Origin: Takakia lepidozioides
Lineage: Eukaryota; Plantae; Bryophyta
Assembly: GCA_030704615.1 (NCBI GenBank)
Contig: CM060734.1
Span: forward strand, 38,750,001-38,814,000
Direction: 5' to 3'
Length of the DNA: 64,000 nucleotides
Shown here: positions 1-11,829 of the stretch, piece after piece
How positions within the stretch are numbered: the first letter of the stretch is position 1
Layout: the number at the start of each line of letters is the position of its first letter
Made by a program: the position numbers and the translations under genes
The notes under the pieces: generated by a model
The model's input: the letters and a program-made list of their open reading frames with translations, nothing else
Databases searched by the model: none
Told to the model about the DNA's origin: nothing

Positions 1-3000
1 CAACGTCTTGAATGGGAAATTTCAGACGAAGTATTGTCTAAAGAGCTAAGAACTATACAAGATGGTCTTACAGTACGTGTACTTCATTTATCTAGAAGAC
101 GTAATCGTAAAAAGTAATCCAGAGTGGGAGAATAGTTGATGGCTACACAGGTTGCAGACTTTCGTGATTCATCCTGCTTGCAAGATGCATCTCCTTGTCT
201 GTAACACAAAATAGCAAAAATGTAGTAGACTGTCGACCTTGAAAACTGGCACTTTGACGAGGTACTGCACGATTGGCCAGGTGACGAGAGATCAACAAGA
301 TTCACTCTGAAGCTCTTGAACATGACTCCAGTCTTAGCACAGAGCGAGCTTTATATTTTCAAGTTACCAAAGGCGAAGAAAAATAGTGACAGTGGGGCTA
401 GCTGGTTCATGAAGTCTGCGGAACATAAGCTGCCTCGAATTCGCAATACCCATGACACCTAGGGACAAACTCACACAAGGGAATGATTGCTATGACCATA
501 GAGAGTCCACAGAAGAAAATGGTAAGGAAAGAAAAAGCTGTATGAGTTTACTTTCGACCAAAACGCAGGTTGTTTGCAGTCGCGTGTCTAAGTATTGCCC
601 GTCGTTGGTACACACTTATACTGAACTGATCACTGTCCATGACATCTCGTATAGATCTACCTCTCCTTACAACTGCGTCGTCTCCATCAGAGCCCCCCCT
701 CCCTCTCTCTATATCCTCTGGGCCTCCCGCAGACCACACATTTTCGTCTTTCTCCCTCCTTTCTCCCTCCTTTCTCCTCTCTTCTCCCTCAGCAATCCAC
801 TGTCCAGCAACCGGCATCCTATCTCCCCCAAAACATCGTGTACGTCAACAATCCAGCGGCCATTCTATGCATGTAGCCCACCACGAGTATCCTCAGTATC
901 CCTCCTGAAATCTAGCCGCTCCTGTAGGCCCTGCAGCAGCAATGCAGACCTTCCGAAGCAGTGCATGACAGCGCCCACTCCCTGTATCGACGTGGCCTTG
1001 CAAAATAAGAGACGCGAGCAAAGCACTTGTATAATATAATAGCTCGCGGTGTTAGGCGGGAGTCAGGACCGAGCTGTTGTCGGTTCCTGTCCACCCTTTC
1101 TTTGGAGGGCCCCCCTCCCTCCTCTCCTTCTCGGGAGTCGGCACCATCACTTTTGTTGCACACGCACACCGTGGATGCTCTCAACTGCCCGACTCATCAT
1201 ACTATCCGTGTTTCCTCGCAACGAATTTCTGTCTACTTAAACATTGTAGTTGGGACTCCTTTGAAACAAAAAACGAAAGAAAAAACAAAAGAAAAAACAA
1301 AAATATAGACATCAAGACATTTGACCAGAGGTGAAAGTCTGAAAGTCTGGTGAGGGATAAAGATAAAAAAGATAAAGTTTCTTTAACGTGAGGTGAGGGA
1401 GAGAGAGTAAGTCTGCAGGAGGTAAGGAGTAAATGATCATTAGTATGCGGTGAATTGCGTTAGATTATGGTGATGAGGAATATCGGAAGTTTAGAAGCCC
1501 GCACAATTATGTGTGTACGCAGTACTGGGAGAGACATGGCCTGGATTTGAGTCATGGAGTGTTGGGCAATTGCAGCATGTCTCGTACTGCCACATCAATC
1601 TCCAAGTGTGGGTCCTCTGCTACCAACTTTAAGACGCTGAGTGAACGTGTGCGGGCCATATTGTATGCGAGGTCCGAGCGTGAGTGACAGGGTCCACCGA
1701 TTTCCATGCAATCATAAACTTCAAATGTCGCATAATTTGTACTGGCCATGTGATCCCGAGATGGCCGCAAGCAGTCCAAATGTCTATATGCGAGATCTGT
1801 CTAAACTCGAAAAGTGGCTGATCAGATTGCCTTTTACATTCAGGTTTGGGCAATCTAGCCAGAGTGCAAAGTTTCCAATTCAGTATTTATGAGTTTCTCA
1901 TCACAAATAGTCTCGAAGAACAAAGAGATGCCACCTAGCTCACCAGCCATCATTCTTCTGCTTTATGTGGGCATCGAAAACCCACCAAATATTCTAGCCT
2001 CGTCCGGCATGATCATGCTTCAAATTTCCTAGGAAATGGTTTGCCCTGAATCATGCACAAGATAGCGGTGACACTTATGCGATGGCTAGTTTTGTGCTTG
2101 GTTGAGATACGGCGTTCCTCAACCCTGTGCACACGAATAGTGGGGAAAATATAGCCTGGAAGGAGTATGCATCGCAAATGCAGACAGAGGTCCCGAAGAG
2201 GAACTAGTCATGCAGAATATGAACATGCCGCGTTCATATTCTGCATGACTAGTTCCGCCTATAGCACCACATCCACTGTACACCAACACAGAAGTACATG
2301 CACCACCATTTAATGGCAGGAGGCACTGAAATAGTAAGGCCGGAACGTCTGAACATAAATACCACACTTCAATAGTGTTAAGTAGGTGCTCCTTTCACAG
2401 CCACACTGTCTTTCACTACATTTCTTTAAGAGTACACTATATATGCCAGATGATACCATTCATATGGACCCTCTCATTCCGAAAACTTTGGAATAATAGT
2501 TTGCGGTATGACTTAAATCAGCACAAGGATCAGGTGAGGAATGTGGTATCCAGGATTTGTACCCATAATCATCTGCAGGGCACTCACTGTTGTTTTTTAA
2601 TTTGCAGATGACTGTAACTAGGTGTTCAGAAAACAGGCTGGCTGATTGGTTTACAGGTCCCCAAGTTCCACCCTTCCCAGGGCCTGCCAAGAACTCCGTG
2701 TCAGAAGTGTAAGGAATGTCAGAGCACTCACTACTCTCAGGGCTGAACTGGTTTCAAAGTAGGCAATTTACTAAGTTATAAGTTTATAAGTTATGTACCT
2801 CGGGATTCAACACTTTTCTCGTGGCTTTCTTCCTCATGCTCACTGCACGCTCACCCAAACACTCCCACTTGCTGCATTGTGAATGGTGGTGCTCTGGCAG
2901 GGCAGCGCCTGCTCGGTAAACCCCATTCCTGTACTCAAGGGGTTGGGCCCACCAACGCTGAGCAATTGACATCTTGCGGTGACGTAGAGAAGAGGACACA

Positions 3001-4808
3001 TGGAAGTTCGCTTTTCTGCTTACAATCTCGAGAAACTGGGATGCATTTCTTGGCCTTTCTTGCACTGCGGATTGAGTGAGCAAGTTGATTGTCGGTCGCA
3101 GGGCCATAACTTAATTTATAACTTATGCGGTCTTCCCAGTGTTGTACTGCCATAGATCATGAGCTGTGAGAGTGTGATGTGTTCAGACGTTCCGGCCTTA
3201 CTTACTATTTCAGTGCGTCCTGCCAATAATGGTGGTGGTGTACAGTTGATGTGATGCTGTGGACATGACCCAAAGTGTGTCTATGCAAGTATAAATTCAC
3301 CAGATTCACTTGATTTTGGTCGTCATCTGGCTCCTTCTAGATTTTGTGTCTCTTCATGATTTTTGCAGGTTTTGATTTGCAAATTGAGCAACTCGCCAGA
3401 TGATACAAACTAGAGAGAGTACCGTACACAGCAGTGTCAAAAATCGGTAAGCACGTCTTCCCCAGGTGTCACCTCCTCTCCTTTGCTGAAAACTAGTTCC
3501 ACAAGGATGTGCATTCTCCAAGTAACTCCTCCCTCAGGTACCGTATTGAACAACCTCTTATGAAAAGTAACTGGGTGATTTTTGTCGAAAATGTGAGTAA
3601 ACGAGAGTCCAATGCGAGAAAACGCTGGTTTTGATATAAGTATAAATATATATAAGTATGACGCCTCCCAAAGGACGGGTAAACCTAGGGCTACTGCCTT
3701 TTGGCGGGAGCAGTCCTTTTTTCCGTTTTTCCAAAATCGCCACATGGGTCACATGTAAATTCTACCCAAGGAGAATAACGGCAGGGTTCCAAAACTGGCT
3801 ACATGACAAGTGGCTCGGTTTAACAAGTCCACGTAAGCAAAAACAGGCTCCAGGAATTTTCCGATTTTAACCCCCATAATTCCTTTGCAAAAGTAGGTGA
3901 CCATTTTCCAGGTCGAAATCTGGCGGGAAGGTGGATGGCAACTTTTGGGACCCCAAAAAGGCCCAAATTTGGCACATTGGCTTGGAATTTCAGGTATCAA
4001 AGCAGTATGCAGATAAGGTGAAAGCCCACATTCTCTTTGCCTTTCCCCCAACCCACCTTTAGACATAAACTGGTAAAAATGGAATGAGGGTTAGCAACCT
4101 TCACATCATCCATAGAAGAACTGGCTTCCACTGATCAAAGGTAGACAAACAAGAGGTATGCAGGGAAGTGTGACACATACAATATGGTACTCTTAGTTGA
4201 CGTCATTTGGTTTCCCACTATCACACTATCAATATATAGCTCAAATGTTGTAACATTATCAATATAGCTTTTGCAAGATAATCCCCAAATCCTAACCACA
4301 ATCAATCTGATGGCTGAGGTTGATGGCTGTGAGCTGAGAGCCACTTTCCAATTCTCACAGAGATATGCCAAGCCTCCATGTTTGTTGGTCATGTCTTTCA
4401 ATCAAACTTCTAGGGACAAGGACTCCGAAGCGCCAACCAAAACAGACTGTCCACGTCAGTAGTTGCACAGATTGCATCAAACCCAAGCATGGTGCCTGAT
4501 CATGGTGGACAATACCCATCACACACATTCTGCTCAAGCCTTGGACCGGTTTGTCTGTCAGACTACCTTCTAGCTATATATGCCAGTAGAGCAATTTATG
4601 CCAGTGAGGTGCCTGGTGATGAGGTTAGTGGGATTTGTCTCCAATTAATCGTCAAATAAAAAGGTGGAAGAAGCTGTTTGAAGATATCGCTTTAGCTCAC
4701 TTTAGCAGTGTATGCATAAGTAAACTCTGCTCTTCCTGCTTTCCGAAAGCAGTTTCGTCCCATATGGTTGCAGACTCTGGTTGCAGCAGAGGACCACTTA
4801 AAGTAGAG

Positions 4809-7800
4809 TCAAAGGCCCCAAGGGCTTGTGACTTTGTGGTTTTGACACTGGACTGCTTGACCTGTCAAAAAGTGGTACCATCCATGGGGGACAACTAACA
4901 GAACCTTGCAAACCCAGGAAAGAGGAAGACATATGAGCAAGGAAAACAGCAGAGCCACAATCATTATGGCCCAGCCAAACAGGAACCCTGCCACTGGATA
5001 CAACGTCCACACCTTTTGTACAATTGGTAGCTCCATGGTAATCACTGCTCTTTCCAACGCTTCCCTGCAGCAAGCATGACCAGTTCACATGACAGACAAT
5101 AAACCTTACACGATGCCCTCAATGTCAAGTCCCGAAGGAAGGAAAAACGGAAGAAATGGGAAAGAGAAAGAAAGAAGCTTTTGTGATGTCTCAACGGGGT
5201 CTACGGTGCTACCCAAGGGTCTATTCAAGATTTTCCTCATCTCTCAAGCCCTTGCAAGTACATCTTCAAGAATGTAGACAGATCATATATAACTAGCTGG
5301 GAACAACAACATTCGTTTCACTTCATGATGTTGGTGTGACTACAGTAGATTCAACTTGTTGCTATAAAAAGGGAGAAGGTGCACACCTGTACTCCAGCAC
5401 ACGGTAAAATGGAGTGACAACACCACTGACACCAACAGAGGAGCAGCGCAGCAATGTGAAGCCATTCTCCACAGCCCGGAAGGAATCCGTGTCAAATAGC
5501 ATGCTTCCTCCTGGTCCCCATGTCCAACTTGGTTGAAGCATAATGTCAACCCTGTCCATCCCCCAATAACCGGCGTGATTAACATCAAGGATATCATATG
5601 CCTACTTCTCCAAAACATCTCACCATTCCAAGTCAGAACCTCCCAATTGCCTTCATGATACTTGTGCTGAAAATTTTCGTTGCGCAGTTAATAATATTGA
5701 CCCAATGGAAGGGGAGGAATGAACAGGAAGAAATGAACTTTACACTAGAAATGGTACTTTATAACATCTGTGGCTTAAAAGCGCAGAGAACTTATGGGAC
5801 AAGAGAAAAGAAAGAGAGAGGGGCCCCCCAAAAGCATCCCAAAACAACTATTATTCAAGGAGTCAACGCCTCATGTAGATATGCTGCTAAACATTTCTCA
5901 TCCTCTAATGGAAGACAGAAAGACACAGAAACTGCAGCCGGTCAAAGAGAGCAAGAGAGGTGGAGACAGACTCTCATTCAGACAGATCTGACACCTACCC
6001 CAGCCGTCCTGCCTGCTGAATCAAATCAGGGAATTCATAGTCAAAGCAAATGGCCCCTCCTATCCGTCCAAGATCTGTATCAACCACCTTCAACTCTCCA
6101 GGGCCAGGCATGATATCCGCCTCTACGAATGGGACAGGGTACGACTTTGTGTACTTGAATCCAACAGATCCATTTGGCAAAATCAACGAGAAGACATTGT
6201 GCGCTGCTGCACCCATAGGAGCCGAAGTGTTCAAATATTTGATATAAGAAATTCCCAAATATGGTCCAGATTGGGCAAATTTTCCCCCTGTCCTCTCATT
6301 GGCAACTGCTCTGGCTTGTCTTGAGTTACTCCCTTCCCTTGCAAGTTTTGCAGCTCTGAAAAGGAGCGCTGCTTCAGCCTCATCTCCTTGAACAATGGTT
6401 GCAATCTCAGACCACAAAATAAATGCATCTCCAGCTTCAATACGTGACTGTGTCTCATTCCAGAGGCTTGCACTACCCTCCTCTTCTTGCCTGCATTGCA
6501 GAAGTATAGAGATGAGCAAAAAGACATCAAGCAATGAATCCACCATTTGTATGCAAAAGGCAGTTTTGAATGGTTGGGTTCTTCTAGCATATCTTTAAGA
6601 TGAAAGCATAGATGAAATGCAGTGCTGTAAACAAAGTCTCAAACCAGTCAATTTGTGTATTTTCAGCTGGAATGGTGTCAATGACCAAATTCTGACAGTG
6701 CAGGCTTGCCGGAACCGACAAATCTGGCAGAAATTATCCACAAAGACATGACAAACATTTCTGAAAAATGTCATAGTAGCATCAGCCTAGCTTCCTCCAA
6801 TCAACCTGGCAACAGCAAGGTCGATGCACTTCAGGAGAGTGTCAGTGAAGAGCAATTGGGGGTGGATGCCTTCACCATCCACTGTTAGTCCCATTGAAGC
6901 AAATATCTGACGCTGAAATCTTTGGCAATTTCCCTGTTCTGGAATGCTGAGGTAAATAGTGGGCGAGTTGGAAAAACACCATCACAACAGAACAGAAGAC
7001 GCACAAATGACATCAGAGTCAATCCTGCTATATTTTGCTGGCAAAAGCTGGGATATGCATATTCTCAAATTTGTGCCTTTCAGAGTCAATCTCACCCGAG
7101 AATGCAGGAAGCTCCCACAGTGGGTTTCAAGGTCTCAGGGATTCCCTTCTGAAAGAAGCTCCCAGAAAACAACGCCACACTGCACCCTGTGTACAACAGC
7201 GCAAGCAAGAAGACTCCAGAAAAGGCTTTCAGGTGCAAGGTATGCTGTTGCCGTCCATTTCTTGCTTTATTTCTGATCTCCCCTAATAGATTCAAAGCCC
7301 TTGAGGAACTCTCTGCTTCTCGATATCCACATCCATCTGTCAAGACATTACAATGCAATCAAGTTGTGGGAGGGCACATGATGACCACTAGAAAAATCAG
7401 TAGCCATCCTGAAACACAAGAATTCAAACACAAAACTTGACTGAAACTTCTGAGAGCGCCTGCCAATTGAACAGTTTCTGGTGCACAGTCCTTAAAACTG
7501 AGGGTACTACTGGAGCGATGAAGTACCTGGAGCATGAGCTCCTATTTCTTCTTCCGAAAAATCAAAACCAACAGAGCAATTCTCCCCATCCTTCAAATTT
7601 CCGTATGGCCACTCTGCCCCTTCATCACTCGAGGCTTCTGGCTTGCTCTCTTCCATCCATAAAGAATAAGCACACCCTTTACTTGCTTCCATGCCTCGAG
7701 GGGCTTCGGAATCAGCTAAAACCAAGCTCCCATCTACAATTGCCGCCGCCCATGCCATCAGGAACACAACTCCATCCATGCCCCATATACTTATAGTCAG

Positions 7801-8283
7801 AACCAAGGCTTGGAAGTGTGCCTGCGAATAGGCTGGATTGCCCAAAGTCCCAAGTGGAGAAATGGAACCTTCCAGATGCCATAGAGCTGTCCAGATTGAC
7901 GGAAACACTAAGTACTGAGCCAGAGTCGCACCTCCAAACCTTTGCCTGTACATTGTGCTTGCAAAAAATGGAAAAGAGAGGATCGACCAGGCAATAAGAC
8001 TAACGAAGAAGACTGTAATCACCCCTCCGTATGTGAATGAAGGGTCGTTGAACATCCCAGCAAAAGCCACAGTGAAGCCCAGGGACTGAACCACAATTGT
8101 GAGCAGCAAAATCCATACTGCTCCAACCGACGTCTGGGCAGGAAATTGAACAACGTGCAAAAATCGGAGGAGAAATATAGGCTGGAGCCAAGACGTCACC
8201 ATAACCTGCTGGAACCCTCCCAGCCCCGTGCATAACGCCGATGCCCCCAGCAGCCCAGCAGCCTTCCATTTGCTCCCTCGCAT
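4809..8283 (-). CDS. Membrane-bound nitrilase-superfamily (CN-hydrolase) protein, apolipoprotein N-acyltransferase (Lnt)-like; 5 exons (8283-7527, 7336-7096, 6490-5999, 5551-5387, 5064-4809), ~636 aa
   Basis: N-terminal multi-pass hydrophobic ORF with an SPLGTLGNPAYSQ motif. Nitrilase catalytic triad in later exons: E (FILWSE), K (YTKSYPVPFVE), C (AICFDYEFP). RAVENG..R..S.G.S motif and a C-terminal TLY..G + TM helix, as in Lnt. All four introns are GT-AG and join in frame (1911 nt). The start ATG is uncertain. Confidence 0.82.
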
Positions 8284-8638
8284 CCCTACGTCCTCCAGGC
8301 TGTTGGAGAATGCCCGGGACCCACTCCGCAGATACAACTATGGAACACAGCGATCCGTTGAGAATAGAGCTTCCTTCAACACAAGTTGACCCCCAATTTA
8401 GATTTGAACCGGGTAAGTACAGTGTACAGCATAAAGTGATGCGTCAGGTGAATTATTTGGCCTGTCACACAACAGGCCAGAAATTCCAGCTTCTCGTTGT
8501 GAATCCAGTTTTTCCGATGACGATCGATGGCAGCTGTGTACGCATCTTTTCAACCATCATTGCCGTCTGCCCCTTTTTTCCAACTCTCCTGCAGCGTGAT
8601 TGCCATGGCTTCCAGTTCACATCGTAAAAACTTGTCAC

Positions 8639-8660
8639 CTCTCTCTCTCTCTCTCTCTCT
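8639..8660 (+). repeat. (CT)n microsatellite upstream of the Lnt-like gene
   Basis: Direct read: ctctctctct ctctctctct. Confidence 0.85.
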
Positions 8661-8779
8661 TTCTCTTCAATGTCTGTGGGGATATATTGTTTCTGGGTCT
8701 CTGTTTGGAACTCCCGTTGGCAGCGCTGCTGTTGAGCTCATGCTCTTCGCTTGGCTCGTTTGCGGGTTCACTGTTTCAT

Positions 8780-9110
8780 TAGGAATAATGCAAGAACTTA
8801 ATGCACACGTGCAACCTCTGACAGGATGGTACGCCGGTTTCGGACATGTCGAATTTTCCCCACCCTCTCTTGAGAGTGACATGGAACTGAAGGAGTGTAA
8901 ACTCCACTCGGGGTTACACTCGGTTACACGAGGAGGGTGTAACTCCACTCGGGGTTACATAGAATGGAGTGCAAGTCCACTGGGTGTAACTCACACTTGG
9001 TCTCAAAATTTGACGAAGTCCAAATTTGGCTAAGTATAAAATGGACCAACTAGAGTTACAGAGAGATCGGGGTTACAGAGGGTTACACTGATATACCCGG
9101 GTTACATTAC
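8780..9110 (+). mobile_element. Degenerate, truncated left end of a MULE related to the element at 9223
   Basis: taggaataatgcaagaacttaatgca matches the TIR core taggaataatgtaagaacttaatgca at 9232. It is followed by several GGGTTACA motifs (8910-9105). Confidence 0.7.
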
Positions 9111-9222
9111 AAGAGCCTCCCATCAAGAATCGAACCCGGAACCTTGCCGCATGCAAGGCTATCAGCTTATACTGACTCATGGCTGGATTTATCCCAGCTA
9201 AAATTCACGGGCCGCACGATAC

Positions 9223-9470
9223 GGAAGATAATAGGAATAATGTAAGAACTTAATGCAAGCGCGTCAGGACTGACACCCGTACCGCCGGTTCTTCGCCTCC
9301 GGCAGACATCGAAAGGCAGCCGGCTGGGCTCGGTCAATCCCTCCCCACCCCCGCCCTCATCCCATCGGCGTCGTCGCCCCCTGCGTCGTCATTCTGCGAC
9401 ACCAGTCCGCCGCTTCCAGCAGTCCGCCAGTTCCCTGTAACCCCCGCCCCGGGTTCAACCATCACCCCCA
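9223..9470 (+). repeat. Left terminal inverted repeat, unique GC-rich part
   Basis: Reverse complement of ~23805-24077, apart from a few substitutions and two short indels. Confidence 0.93.
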
Positions 9471-11610
9471 TGTAACCCTCTGTAACTCTGCCGAGTGTAA
9501 CCCACATTACCATGTAACCCTCTGTAACCCATATAACCCCATGACCCTCTGTAACCCTCACCACCATGTAACCCTCTGTAACCCATGTAACCCTCTATAA
9601 CACCGCAGAGTGTCACCCCCACCCCTATGTAACCCTCACTACATGTAACCCTCTGTAACCCATGTAACCCTCTATAACACCGTAGAGTGTCACACCCCTA
9701 TGTAACCCACTATGTAACCCTCACTACCCATGTAACCCTCTGTAACACTTTGCAACCCATGTAACCCTTTGTAACCCTCTGTAACACCGCAGAGTGTCGC
9801 CCTCACCCCTTATGTAACCCTCTGTAACCCATGTAACCCTCTGTAACACCGTAGAGTGTCGTCCTCACCCCTTATGTAACCCTCTGTAACCCATGTAACC
9901 CTCTGTGACCCTTTGTAACCCTCACCACCATGTAACCCTCTGTAACACCGCAGAGTGTCACCCTCACCCGTATGTAACCCTCACTCCATGTAACCCTCTC
10001 TGACCCTTTATAACCCTCACCACCATGTAACCCTCTGTAACCCATGTGACCCTCTATATCCCTCACCAGGTGTAACACCATGTAACCCTCTGTAACACCG
10101 CAGAGTGTCACCCTCGCCACCATGTAACCCTCCGTAACCCTCACAAACCCTTTGTGACACCGCAGAGTGTCGCCCTCACCCCTTATGTAACCCTCACTCC
10201 ATGTAACCCTCTGTAACCCATGTAACCCTCTGTGACCCTTTGTAACCCTCACCACCATGTAACCCTCTATAACACCGCAGAGTGTCACCCTCACCCCTAT
10301 GTAACCCTCATTCCATGTAACCCTCTCTGACACTCTGTAACCCATGTAACCCTCTGTGACCCTCTATATCCCTCACCAGGTGTAACCCTTACCACCATGT
10401 AACCCTTGTAACACCGCAGAGTGTCACCCTCGCCACCATGTAACCCTCCGTAACCCACACAAACCCTCTGTGACACCGCAGAGTGTCACCCTCATCCCCA
10501 TGTAACCCTCTGTGACCCTCCGTGGCTCTGTAACCCATGTAATCCTCTGTAACACCGTAGAGTGTCACCCTCACCCCTTATGTAACCCTCACTCCATGTA
10601 ACCCTCTGTAACCCATGTAACCCTCTGTGACCCTTTGTAACCCTCACCACCATGTAACCCTCTGTAACACCGCAGAGTGTCACCCTCACCCCTATGTAAT
10701 CCTCACTCCATGTAACCCTCTCTGACCCTCTGTAACTCTCTGTAACCCATGTAACCCTCTGTGACCCTCTATATCCCTCACTAGGTGTAACCCTTACCAC
10801 CATGTAACCCTCTGTAACACCGCAGAGTGTCACCCCCATCCCTATGCATCCCTCACTCCTTGTAACCCATGTAATCCTCTGTGACCCTGCGTAACCCGTG
10901 TAACCCTCTGTGACCCTGTGTAACCCATGTAACCCCATGTAACCCTCACTCCATGTAACCCTCTATAACCCATGTAACCCTCTGTGACCCTCTATAACCC
11001 TCACCAGGTGTAACCTTCACCACCATGTAACCCTCAGTAACCCTCTGTAACACCGTAGAGTGTCACCCTCACCCCTGTGTAACCTCACTCCATGTAACCC
11101 TATGTGACCCTCTGTGACTCTCTGTAACCCTCACCACCATGTAACCCTCCGTAACCCGTTTATCCCTCTGTAACACCGCTGAGTGTAACCCTCACTCCAT
11201 GTAATCCTCCCATGTAACCCTATGTCACCCTCTGTAACCCATGTAACCCCATGACCCTCTGTAACCCTTTGTAACCCATGTAACCCTCTGTTACTCCGCG
11301 AGGTGTAACCCTCACTCCATGTTATCCTGCATCGTGTAACCCCAATGTAAGCTTGTATCATGTTATCCCATATACCCCTCTCCGTGTAACTCCAGTTCCT
11401 CGTAACCCCATCATCCCTGTAACCCTCTGCACGTCAGCGCTTTAGCTCCGCCTCGTGTAACCCTCATTGTGCAACTCTCACATTGTAACCCCACCATGTA
11501 AACCCGATACTGTATCAATCCCCCCCGTGTAACCCCCGATTGTGTCACTCATAGCTCGTGTCACCCCGGATCCTTTATCCCCAACGCATGTCACCCCTGT
11601 TCGTGTAGCC
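9470..11610 (+). repeat. Left subterminal tandem array of TGTAACCC/TGTCACCC telomere-like motifs with a recurring higher-order unit (TAACACCGCAGAGTGTCACCCTCACC)
   Basis: Direct read: dense, nearly continuous tgtaaccc motifs over ~2.1 kb, degrading toward 11600. Confidence 0.93.
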
Positions 11611-11829
11611 CCTTAGTGCCCGGCAAAAATTGGCGGGCTCCAAGAGGTGTCAGATATTTTGAATTCAAACCTGGGTTACACGATTCGGTGACATCAAAAC
11701 CCACGTGTAACTCCATCATCGCTCGTCATTTTCACCAGGTGCGTAGACGACGTGCAGTCCCGAGGGCTCCGCTGCGTTGCCCGCGTGTGTTATGCGATTT
11801 GTACTGTACTGGTGGTACTGTTGCTGCTA

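Noticed and set aside
1-2300. Short ORFs (452..1039 and others) as genes
   Set aside because: Low-complexity Ser/Pro-rich translations with no recognisable domain or consistent splice structure.
9334-11361. ORFs with VTEGYMVVRVT-type repeats (also 23264-24047)
   Set aside because: Translations of the GGGTTACA tandem arrays and TIRs; no domain content.
9470-11610. CRISPR array or true telomere
   Set aside because: There are no unique spacers or cas genes and the context is eukaryotic. The motifs are heterogeneous 8-10-mers enclosed within TIRs and a TSD, not a terminal homogeneous telomere tract.
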